64,000 bases of DNA from Guillardia theta CCMP2712 (taxonomy: Eukaryota > Protista > Cryptophyta). Shown here piece after piece: positions 12,001 to 21,895 of the stretch. The stretch's first letter is position 1. Each line of letters starts with the position of its first letter. The DNA lies in the NCBI RefSeq assembly GCF_000315625.1, contig NW_005434502.1, positions 1-64,000 on the forward strand, given 5' to 3'. Position numbers and translations under genes: made by a program. The notes under the pieces are model-generated. The model worked only from the letters and a program-made list of their open reading frames with translations. It was not told where the DNA came from and made no database searches.

Positions 12001-13612
12001 CAGGGCCAGGGCCAGTAACAAGTGACTCTTGGGACAGGGAGGGCTACTGTGGGCGGCGTCAGGGCCGATTGCGTCGGTATTTTCTACAGAGTGAGACGCT
12101 GTCCATGGAGGAAACTCTCCTTACCTGTGACCCACCAGCCCCAACGTGCTTGCGGAGGCTAGGAGAGCAATGCCGCTGGTTGCTGCCATCCAACTTCCAG
12201 CAGGTCTGACCCCTCCTGCCTTGCCCTCCTTCAACCCAATCCCCATTTACACAAACATACGCATACACATCCTCTGTTTTCTTCTTGCTCTCCCTTCCCA
12301 CTTACAAGAGACATCTCCTTCCCCTCACATGCACATCTTCTCTTATCGCCTCCCCCCAACAGCACGCACTTCCCTCTCCTCTCCTCTCCTCTCCTCTCCT
12401 GTCTTGACATCAGGCATGCAGCGCTGGCCTACATATTCGACGGGATCTTCCTGGGAGCAAGAGACTTCCGCTTCCTCGGGTGAGGGAATTCCTTTCCTTT
12501 CCTCCTCTTCTAACCCGCAGCAGCATCGCCATGTTTTTCTGCGTCATTCCCGCATCTGCCGTGCTCGTGACGGTCACTCCTCTTCTCAGCCCTCCTCCTG
12601 CTTCTCATCCTCCTCCCTGCAGGTCGCCGCCACTCTCGATGTCGGCCTCCTCACTCTGTGGATGGCTTCGGGTAAGGATGCGCACGTCTTCTCCTCTCCT
12701 TCCCTCCTCCTTCCCCTCCTCCTTCTACTTCGCGTCCCACCCTCTTTCTCCTCCCCCCTGGTGCTGTCCTTCAGCCTGTCTGAACTCGCCCCTACTGGAA
12801 TTCAGAAGCATCTGTCCTCATCTCTATTGCTTTCCTTTTCTCTTCACTTCGCCTCCCCAAAAAATCTCCCCTCCTCCCTNNNNNNNNNNNNNNNNNNNNN
12901 NNNNNNNNNNNNNNNNNNNNNNNNNNNNNNNNNNNNNNNNNNNNNNNNNNNNNNNNNNNNNNNNNNNNNNNNNNNNNNNNNNNNNNNNNNNNNNNNNNNN
13001 NNNNNNNNNNNNNNNNNNNNNNNNNNNNNNNNNNNNNNNNNNNNNNNNNNNNNNNNNNNNNNNNNNNNNNNNNNNNNNNNNNNNNNNNNNNNNNNNNNNN
13101 NNNNNNNNNNNNNNNNNNNAGCGACTAACATGCTCGTCGAGTTCCCCTGCGATCAAACTCTTCTCGACGACTTCACTGCCTCGACTCCGAACCACTTGCT
13201 GAGCATGACCGAGGTACCGCAATTGCCCTCCCCTTAAACTCTCCCTCCTCCCTCCTCCCTCCTCCCTCCTCCCTCCTCCCTCCTCCCTCCTCCCTCCTCC
13301 TCCTCCCTCCTCCCTCCTCCCTCCTCCCTCCTCCCTCCTCCCTCCTCCCTCCTCCCTCCTCCCTCCTCCCTGCTCGCTTCCTTCCCTTTCCCCCTCCCCC
13401 TTCCCTTCCCTCCCTTCTCTCACCTTTTCATGCACTGACCTCCACGGCAGGCACGCTCCTCGTCTCCCGAGTCATCGCTCTATCTTGGCGGTACAACTCC
13501 GATAAGGTCAGTCCACCACCCTCCTCCCGCTCCTTCCTCCTCCCGGCTGAATCTTCTTCAGGGTCCTCTCTCGCCCAGCAAAGACGTAGCAGCCGCACAA
13601 CCGAGCAGCTAA
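9007..13612 (+). CDS. MATE (DinF/DTX-like) efflux transporter with bipartite plastid-targeting leader; spans an N gap
   Basis: Exon 9007-9072 MSIIAVTATAVAAILTGCSETH spliced (GT 9073..AG 9156) to AFQPSMM. MATE motifs LAIPALGSLIIEP, VGRLGAAPLGAL, GHQNTRAPL, LDAVFI, AAHAIARQ, DGLAVAAQAL, DGIFLGARDF. Stop 13610-13612. Confidence 0.88.
12880..13119. other. Assembly gap (N run) inside a CT-rich intron
   Basis: N run, followed ~100 bp later by (CCTCCCT)n. Confidence 0.99.
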
Positions 13613-13837
13613 ACAGAGCAGCTGCGGGTGACCAGCAGGGGGACAGGAGGGGAAAGGGAGGAAGCGACGGGCCCTCTATCCCATCAACAGAGTCATCCTA
13701 TGATGAGAGCAAATTTATTTTTGTCGTTCGCTGAGGAGCAACAGGGAGAGGAGCGGGGGGTTGCTGCTGCGAGATGAAACAGCGTCAAGGGAGATCATGG
13801 TCGAATAAAAGAATGTTTATACTGCTCCCCCCTCCTA

Positions 13838-15577
13838 TCACAAGAAGGATGAAAGGAGCAGCGCCGATGGCACCAGGCCCAACACGAGGCCGATAGCTGT
13901 TCTCCGGCTAATCTTGACTTGCTCCTCCTGTCAAACAGGCGTCATGGAGGATTGGCGGAAGGAACACTTCGCCTTGAAGAAGGTCTCAGGGAGGAGGAGG
14001 AGGAGGAGGGCACCAAGAGCGGAGGAAACAGCAAGGGCCTGGGTCGGAGCTGATGGGGAGCATGTGTAAGATCAGACTAGAACAGGAAAAAATACCACCA
14101 AGAGCCATGGGAAGTGGGAGGAGAAGGTAGAGGAAGAGGAGTGGAAGGACGATAGAGTAGACGAGGAGCAAGCGAGAAAGCATTGGACTGACGAGGAAGA
14201 TAGCATGTCTTGACCCCCTTCAAGTACCTGGTGACTGAGCAAGAAACTTCCTCCAGGCGTCTGCTGGCGATCCAGGGAGACATTCCGCTTCCCCTAGCCT
14301 CGTGAAGACGAAGCGTCCTCCATATCGGTTCTTCCCGATCCGGATCCGCTCGTCGAGGTAAATGGTGTCGAGGTATACTGAGGAACACTGCTCTCAGCCT
14401 CGCACAGGAAGGAGCTTGAGGACCTGTCGTCGTCGGTCCAACGTTGAAAGTGAAGAGACCGGAGGGCCCGAAGGAGATGCGGGGAGAATCGAAGGAAGCC
14501 TGCAGGCAGAAGATGAGGAAAAGCTTCCCGTTTCAACCCCCCCCTCCACCTCCACCTCCTCCTCCTCCTCGTGCTCCTCCTCCTCTATCCACCCTCCCTT
14601 CCAGCCGGCCCCATCCCATGCTTCGCCCAAAGTTTTACCTTAATAGTTTGAGGAGACAACCCGGGGGGAGGCGTCTGGAACTTGACCTCCACTTGCGCTG
14701 TTACGATGCTATGGTCATGGGGGACGGGAAGAAGACGAAAGGGGGGGCAGGTAGGGGAGGAGGAGGAGAGGGCGAGGGAGAAGCGAAGAAGGGGAGGAGG
14801 GGGGAGGAAGCTTACCTCGCTCAGCGTCTGACAGCTGCTCGAAATCGCCTCGCAAGACGACGCATGCTGGAATGGAGCCAAGGAACTTGAGGTAGAGCAT
14901 GTTGACGGCGACTCCCTTGTCAAGAATGTGCTGCAGGGCATCGGTTGTTTTAAACAATGCTCTGCAAGAGTGTGTGAGAACAACAACTGTCTACAGCTGA
15001 ACGACAACAATGGAAAAGCATCGGGCAAAACAATCCAGCGCCATACAGCAAGCATTGCCTACCTTCCTGCTGCTGTATACCGAAAGTTCCCACCCACTGG
15101 TCGTCCTCTGCCCACGTCTTGCACGTACTGAACACGATAGTAGCCCACTAGCCGAGGATCCTCAAGGTAATCGCGTCCTCTACCAACCTCCTCCAGCCGG
15201 TCGATGCGATCTGAAATCTTGCTCGACTCCTCTTTTGTGTACTCGCCCTCCAGTCCCTTGCCGACGAGATCGAGAAGATCGTCCACTGTTGACGCAGAAG
15301 ATGCATAGATGCTGATGAGGCCTCTGTGGAGGGGACGCGGCATCGGTGCCTTGAGGATGGTGGGGGGAGGCAGGCGGAGAGAGGTCCGAGAGGAGAGTGA
15401 ACTGAAAGACAACAGGGAGGAGGAGGGGACGGAAAAGGCATGAGAGACACTCCAGCAAGAAATGAAGGTAATCACCAACAACAAAGCTCCTACTCCTCCT
15501 CCTCTTCCTCCTCCTCCTCCTCCTCCTCCTCCTCCTCCTCCTCCTCTGCCCCACCGTGACCAGCGACTCGATCCCAT
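13838..15577 (-). CDS. Plastid lipid-associated protein / fibrillin-family protein with bipartite plastid leader
   Basis: Hydrophobic signal LLLVITFISCWSVSHA|FSVPS followed by a Ser/Pro/Arg-rich transit region. ISDRIDRLEE...LEDPRLVGYYRVQY resembles the fibrillin N-terminus. Last exon KISRRTAIGLVLGLVPSALLLSSFL*. Confidence 0.65.
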
Positions 15578-15745
15578 TGCTATACTTTGTTGGCCTCATC
15601 CCCGCACATACCTCGAAATGTTGGGTGATGGGGTGGGGTACCAGATGACGGGTACTTTCCTCTGTAAGGTTCCTATGAAAATTATGGTACTCGGATGAAT
15701 GACGAGAATCTGATAGGAGGGTAGGTCGTCGAGAGAGAAGCAGAC

Positions 15746-16561
15746 ATGGCGACGAGTGGAGTGGCGGGAGGCCGGGGGATGGCGAGGAGAGGGAGGAGGC
15801 TGAGCGTGTCTCTCCTCCTATCGCACCTCTTCTCCTCCTTCATGCTCTCCTCCTCCTGCTCTCCGGCCTTGATCACCCATGGAACTTCGCATGCGCTTCG
15901 GTTGAGAGGGGGGTCGTCCCAGGCCGCGCAACTTGCGGAGATCCGGGCGATGAGGGCGAAGCAGTACGAGATGGCGAAGAAGGTGGAGATGGAGCAGGAT
16001 GCCCAGAAGGCTGAGAAGCAGGCGAGCTACAGTGGCGCTCAACGGGTCTGGTACTTTGCGACAGAAGAGGTTGGCCCGAACACCATAGCGACCCAGAGTC
16101 AAAGGATGATGCAGGGAGACGCTCGGAGGTTCTATGAGGGGCAAAAGGTCACCATGTGCAGAAACAGAGAGACAGGAATGGTCATCGAGCTCATGCACGA
16201 CAGCGATGGCTGGTTTCAATACTCTGCCAGGGAGAATTCCGCTCTTGCACAGATCAATGCTGCAGGGAACATTTTCGAGTACCTGCGCTGGTACTCTCCC
16301 GGCCTTCTTGAGCAGATTAAGAAAAATCCTTTGAAATCTGATCTGCTGGACAGAGAGCAGAGGATGGGAGGATGGAAGGCTTCTCCCCATGGATCCAGCA
16401 TCCTCATCAAACATGCAGAGAACGCGGACTTCGAGTTGTATCTACTCGAGCAAGCTTTCTTGTATATCAATCGCAAGGGAAAGGAAGCAATCTTCATGGA
16501 CACATCTGGAGAGCCGCATTACATGTCAATCAGCAATGCGGAAGCGATGCTAAAGAGATGA
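15746..16561 (+). CDS. Hypothetical protein, signal peptide followed by LRLRGG motif (single exon)
   Basis: 271-aa ORF; hydrophobic segment, then HALRLRGG at 15890-15913. Confidence 0.7.
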   Translation: MATSGVAGGRGMARRGRRLSVSLLLSHLFSSFMLSSSCSPALITHGTSHALRLRGGSSQAAQLAEIRAMRAKQYEMAKKVEMEQDAQKAEKQASYSGAQRVWYFATEEVGPNTIATQSQRMMQGDARRFYEGQKVTMCRNRETGMVIELMHDSDGWFQYSARENSALAQINAAGNIFEYLRWYSPGLLEQIKKNPLKSDLLDREQRMGGWKASPHGSSILIKHAENADFELYLLEQAFLYINRKGKEAIFMDTSGEPHYMSISNAEAMLKR

Positions 16562-16720
16562 GCGCGGCCACAGGATCATCATGTCACTCACTAAGAATAA
16601 AGCATGATTGCAGTACAGCGAATCTTGTCGGACAAAGTTGAAGGAATGATTTACAAAATCTTGTGGGTGTGAAAGTAGGACTGCTATGTAAACTTCGCCG
16701 GGGCAGACAGACAGAGTATC

Positions 16721-17746
16721 TTATGAAATTCTAGCATCCACCAAGTTCTCTGATTCTTCTTCCATGTCCAACGAAGTCGGCGTGGAGGTCCATGGGATGA
16801 GCTGCCCATCAAAGATGAACTTCACTGTTGTTTGTGCAACCTGCAAGATCAGCATTACAGGCTGCAAATGACCGTCAAGACAAGCAGCACTCACACTCTC
16901 TGATTTGCAGAAAGCTTCAAAGACCTTGTTCATGCTGTCGTTCATCGAGATCTTGAACTTCCTCACCTTGTCACCCTCGCGTGCCTTGATGCAGACGATG
17001 CATTTTGGTCCATTGGTTTCTTTGCTCTCTTTCACATGTACTCCCGACGGGTGTTCCTTTTCATGAGGATTCAGGTCCAGGTCCATCCCCCGAGTCGATT
17101 CAGTGATCTGGCATTCCGAATCATCCTCCTGCGTCTCATCTGCTGCTGATATGTCGGCTGATGCTGCCGATAGCAAACCTTCTTGAATCCTTTTTGTCTC
17201 CCTTGAAGAATCGAAAATCAGTCCCTTCAACACCAGCAGAAGACAATATGAACGATCAACACTTACATCAGCAAGTCATCGATTATCTTCAGTCTTTCAT
17301 CTTCCCTATGGTTCTTCCTCGTCATGAAATTTGCTGCAAGTCTAGCCATTTCGTCTTCTGCTGAATCGCTATCACTGATAGTGACTGTCGGTGCTTGCAA
17401 ATCGTCGTCTTTCCCTTCTTCGGCGTATTGATTGATAGCAGCAGAAGGAGTTTTCTGCTTCTTCTTGGAGTCCATTTTCCTTCCAGCCTTAGACTTCCTG
17501 TCGAACAAAATTTCCACCATTACGACATCGAGGAGAAAAATAGTAACACAGCATGGAAGGAACAAAGACAAATGAACAACAATCGTATGGAGCTCATCTT
17601 TCACAGAGAGGTTCTCACCTTGACATCTTGGTCACAGTTGGACCTTCGAAATCATCGTCATTGTCACTGTCGAGCACAAACTCGCTGTCTCCGGCATCGT
17701 ACTCGGCGTCCAGCCGCTGCGCATTCCGTGCATAACAATCCGCCAT
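16721..17746 (-). CDS. SUMO-like-domain protein (Rad60/Esc2/NIP45-type)
   Basis: Acidic N-terminus. C-terminal SUMO fold KFKISMNDSMNKVFEAFCKSE...VKFIFDGQLIPWTSTPTSLDMEEESENLVDARIS*, with no terminal Gly-Gly. Confidence 0.75.
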
Positions 17747-18025
17747 GTTATGATGGGGTTGAGGGGGATGATATTCACTGAGGTGACGAGGGGTTCCTGG
17801 ATTCAAAAAATATGATACGGGTAGGGTAGTATTAGGATAACAACTAGTTAATTTGATTTATTTCCGACCTCAAGGAGAAATTTTAATGATTCAAATTAAA
17901 AATCACAGGAGAGCAAAGTTGTACAATCAAAAAAGGGAGGGTATGCCGACAAGGGGGTAGGGTGGAAGGTGAGAACATCGGGGTGGGTGGGATGGAGTTC
18001 AGAATTCTTGGTGAAAGTAAAAAGG

Positions 18026-18097
18026 TGGAGCAGCCGGGGATCGAACCCGGGGCCTTCCGCATGCAAAGCGGACGCGCTACCACTGCGCTACTGCCCC
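18026..18097 (-). tRNA. tRNA-Ala (anticodon UGC)
   Basis: GGGGCAGTAGCGCAGTGGTAGCGCGTCCGCTTTGCATGCGGAAGGCCCCGGGTTCGATCCCCGGCTGCTCCA: cloverleaf, TGC anticodon, G3:U70 alanine identity pair, TTCGA loop, T5 Pol III terminator just downstream. Confidence 0.97.
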
Positions 18098-18310
18098 GTG
18101 TACCATGCTATGAAGATTTCAGACAATATATAATCTTATTTTTGGGGTGGGGGTGGTGATATGACCTGGTGGTGTCATAGCATTGGATCCAGAAAGCCTA
18201 TGATATGGTGGGTACTTGGTAGGCTTGGAGGGGGTGAAGAATTGGAAGGAGGGGATAGTCGTGATAGCAGGGGGTTGTGGGGTACACTTGCCAAACCGCC
18301 TCATCAGGAA

Positions 18311-19606
18311 ATGCGAGGCGAAATGCGTGCCTTTCAGCTCCTCCTCCTCCTCATGTCCTCCTCCCGAGCTCTTCCTGCTGCAAAACAGCCCACCGTATCT
18401 GAACTCCGACCTGTCCCTGCCTTGCTGCTCATACCTCCTCCTCCCTGCTGTCAAGGTGCTCAAACAGGTCCCGCGAAGCAGAAGATACATGGTCAACCAC
18501 TCTCACCCTCCTTGTGTCTGCACCTTAGAGGGGGTGGAAGCCCCAACGATAACACCAAAGAAAGCATGCGTGAGGATCAAGATAAGGGACAAACTTCGAC
18601 CAATGAAACCAGGCGCTCTCCCATGCCAAGAAGGCCTCTGAAGCTTGACATCCTCCAATACCTCGACGATCGCGATCCGTGAGTACTTCACCTCCATATC
18701 CAGGGTTACAAACCGGCATAACACAAGCGTGTATAGTCGAAGAGGCAGGCATACTGAGCCAGAGATAGCAGGATTGAACGATATGATAGGACGAAGAGTG
18801 AGTACATCTGCTGCTTTCCCAATCTCCGTCACTGCCCCTTAGAGTCAAGTGCAGGTGATGATTCTCTTGATGAACGGCAGGAACATGGTCGGCAAGCTCA
18901 GGCATGTCCTTTGTAGCTCTCTTGATGGTAAGAAGAGAGCTGAAACTGCCCATTCCAGAAGTTATGACCGTTACATGAACCTCATAATATCGAATGTGAC
19001 AGAAAGGGTGAACCGAGGTTGTAACGATTCTCTTCATACGTATGACATTCGAGAACTTTTTCAGGTCTTTCCCCCCTTCGAAATCACTGAAGATGTTGAG
19101 GTTTGTAATCCTTCCATTGTGACATCAGTGACAAGGTATCTCAGAGTCTGGAGTTACCCCTGTCATATACAGCCGAGGAAGGATCATGGTGAAGTTGCAC
19201 ACTGAAGGCTTCTGCGGTGTTTAGCATCGTGTTCACACAGCTCGACATACGACGAAGACGTGAGAAGGAGATCAGCGCTCCTCACGGATGTTGTGTACTA
19301 CTCGTGCCATGTTTGAGATCAAATGATGTGCTGCAGGACGAGCTCATTCTACCTCTACCTGGAAAGTTCATGATCCGTGGAGATTCCATCTCCATGGTAT
19401 CAGAGCTCAAGAACGTGAGTCTGTCAAGGCAGTTCTGTTTTGTGTCGTCAAACTGTCGCAGGACGATGACTGGAAGTTCGATCCCCTTCCTAGGCTGTTT
19501 GCGTGAGTGACAGTAGACCTTTTTGTCCGTTCTTGAGTTTGAAAATGTTGCTGTCAGTTATGCGGCTTCAAGAAATGAGGCTCTTGAGAAATTGAAGAAG
19601 TCCTAA
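18311..19606 (+). CDS. LSm1-like Sm-fold protein with N-terminal signal peptide and LHLRGG leader
   Basis: MRAFQLLLLLMSSSRA signal; LCLHLRGG. Spliced Sm1 VMILLMNGRNMVGKLR-SYDRYMNLIISNVTER and Sm2 GKFMIRGDSISMVSEL. Stop 19604-19606. Confidence 0.75.
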
Positions 19607-19878
19607 GGTGAACTGATTGGTGTCAGCTCTGTGATGTTGAATGACAGAGGCAGATTTGGTTGTCTCATGTACATGGTGTTCAAGAAAGGATTCGAATTCT
19701 TCATTTCTGTCACGGTCAATTCTCCTTCTCCATCCTCAATGCATTCTTCATTTTGTCTTAATTTTCATTGATCATGTGCTTATTCCCTTCTCAGCCTAGC
19801 ATACAAAATGTACAAAGCAAGGTCGCATGCATCATTGTGTCATCTCCGCTTCTGCAACCTCCACAAGTTGTGACCTAT

Positions 19879-20999
19879 TCACGCCATGCATTCCTCCTCA
19901 CGCATCTCCGCTTGCTCTTCCTCGTTTCGTTCTGCTAGGAGGGTCGACAGGTGAAGCTGGCTCACCTCCTCCAAGGCTGCTTCAACAGTTGAATCATCCA
20001 GGACAACCATCCTGGGCTGCCGCATATCTTCTCGCGACTCCGGCATCGGGGGAGACTCTATTTCCATATTCTTCAAGGAGTTGACTGGGAAAGGAACGAC
20101 CAGGCAAGGGGTTTCTGCAAACAGGCATCAAAGGAACGCTTCAAGTAACTTCAACGATCACACCAGAACGAGCAAAGTCCTTCAAGATGTCCATATACTG
20201 CGTGACAAGCATCATCTCCACCACTTCACTCGGTTCAAGCCCACAACTGCAAACACCATAAGCAACATGCGAGTGTCAGCATAAACCACCTGGACTTCAT
20301 CGATTCAATGCTGTTCTTGAACCCATTTGAGATTGCTTCCCTCATCAATGCTATCCCTTTCCCACTGAGGTACTTCGCATCTGCGTCAGCCTCTGCAGCT
20401 CGCACCTGAAGTATCTTGTTGCCCTCAGCTATTTCTATCGCCGCCTCCCGATTCCGACGAGCAGCGTTGATCGTGTTCATGGCCATCATAATGCTCTGCT
20501 CCAGCTTCATGTCCGTTACAAGAGCCTGATGAACGATGATCCCGTAGGCTCTCATCGACTCATGCAGCTTGTTCTTGACCGCATCTACAAGAGTCTCCTT
20601 CGCCTCAAAGGCTTCGTCTAAACTCATCGAGGGGATGTGCGACCTAATACAGTCATCCACAAACGCAGATATCTGCTTGTGCGGATCGCGCAGTTTGAAG
20701 TAGAATTTCTCACACTCTTGTGGGTTAACGGCATACTGAACTGCACAAGTGACTGTGACCGTGACGTTGTCCCTAGTCTTGGTCATTGTTTTCACATCAA
20801 TCTGCGTTACCTGCGGCGATGTTTCACAAAGGTAATCAACTCGCAGCAAACTAACGACCTTCATGCTTACTTTGCTCACAGCCTGCCATGGCCAGTAGAT
20901 GCAGCTCAAACCAGGATCAAGGATCCTTGAGAATTTCCCGCAGCTCTGAAGTACCCCTCGCTCCGACTGATCTACACGAGCAATACAGAGGATAGACAT
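19879..20999 (-). CDS. SPFH/Band-7 protein, HIR (hypersensitive-induced reaction) type; 3' end approximate
   Basis: VDQSERGVLQSCGKFSRILDPG, TKTRDNVTVTV, YGIIVHQALVTD, AAEADADAKYLSGKGIA, MMLVTQYMDILK. Confidence 0.9.
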
Positions 21000-21895
21000 A
21001 TGGTGGTCCTGCTGCAATGGACAAATCAACGGAATCGCGACAACCTGAGTAACATCATTCCTGGCTCACTTCCAAAACACTATCACCCAAGTCCTTTCTT
21101 AAGATCTCGCATCCGCACTCTCTTGCATTTTTCCTCTGCTAATCTCGATACATGCAAAACACGCAAATAAAGATACCGTGTCTTTTCCCTCGCAATCTCA
21201 AACCCTGCCCTGTTCTCCTACTCACTTTCCTTCTCTCTGCTCTCCTCTCTCTCCCCCCTCTCTCCTCCTCACTCTCTTCTCTTCATCCATCCGACAAGTT
21301 CTTTCTCTCCCTCCTTCCCCTCTCCCCTCCATCACATGTTGCACTCCTTTCTCCTTTAGGAGGGGGCGCTAGTAACGTGACCCCTACCCCTATCTTCGGA
21401 AAAATATTTGTACCCGTGGTGACCATTTCCTCTGATTTTCACTGCATATCACCGGTGGTTGAATGTACCCTACCCCCGCACAAAAGTTATACTCTGAAAA
21501 TGCCGTGTCTACCAGCTAGTCGTTGATCCCTGGGGCCACAGTGGGGCCATGCCTTCCAGCATGCATGCTGCCATGCCTTGCATGCAGGGTGCTATGGGGC
21601 GCATTTCGGTCAGGCATGCGAGCAGCAGAGGAAGAGCAACGAGTTAGGTGAGGAAGGGGAGGAGAAGAGACGAGCAGCCAGAGGAGGACAAGAGTCTTGC
21701 GCTCTCAATCGTTCTCGCACCATAGGAATCCTACACGGCTCCTGCAAGATTTTAGTTTTGGGCCTCAGAGCCGCTGTTCTTTTCTCGGCTCTCTTTGAAG
21801 TTTACTGCATCTCAGGAGGAGGAGGAGGAGGAGGAGGAGGAGGAGGAGGAGGAGGGAGAGCCCCTATTCGAACATCGGTGTTTCATAAGGGAAAG

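Noticed and set aside
16721-17000. Conjugatable SUMO
   Set aside because: No C-terminal diglycine and a long acidic N-terminus; it fits a Rad60-type SUMO-like domain.
21578-21895. N-terminal extension of the helicase ORF
   Set aside because: Non-ATG start and poly-GGA tract; ATG 21896 (MPKKS) is the likelier start.
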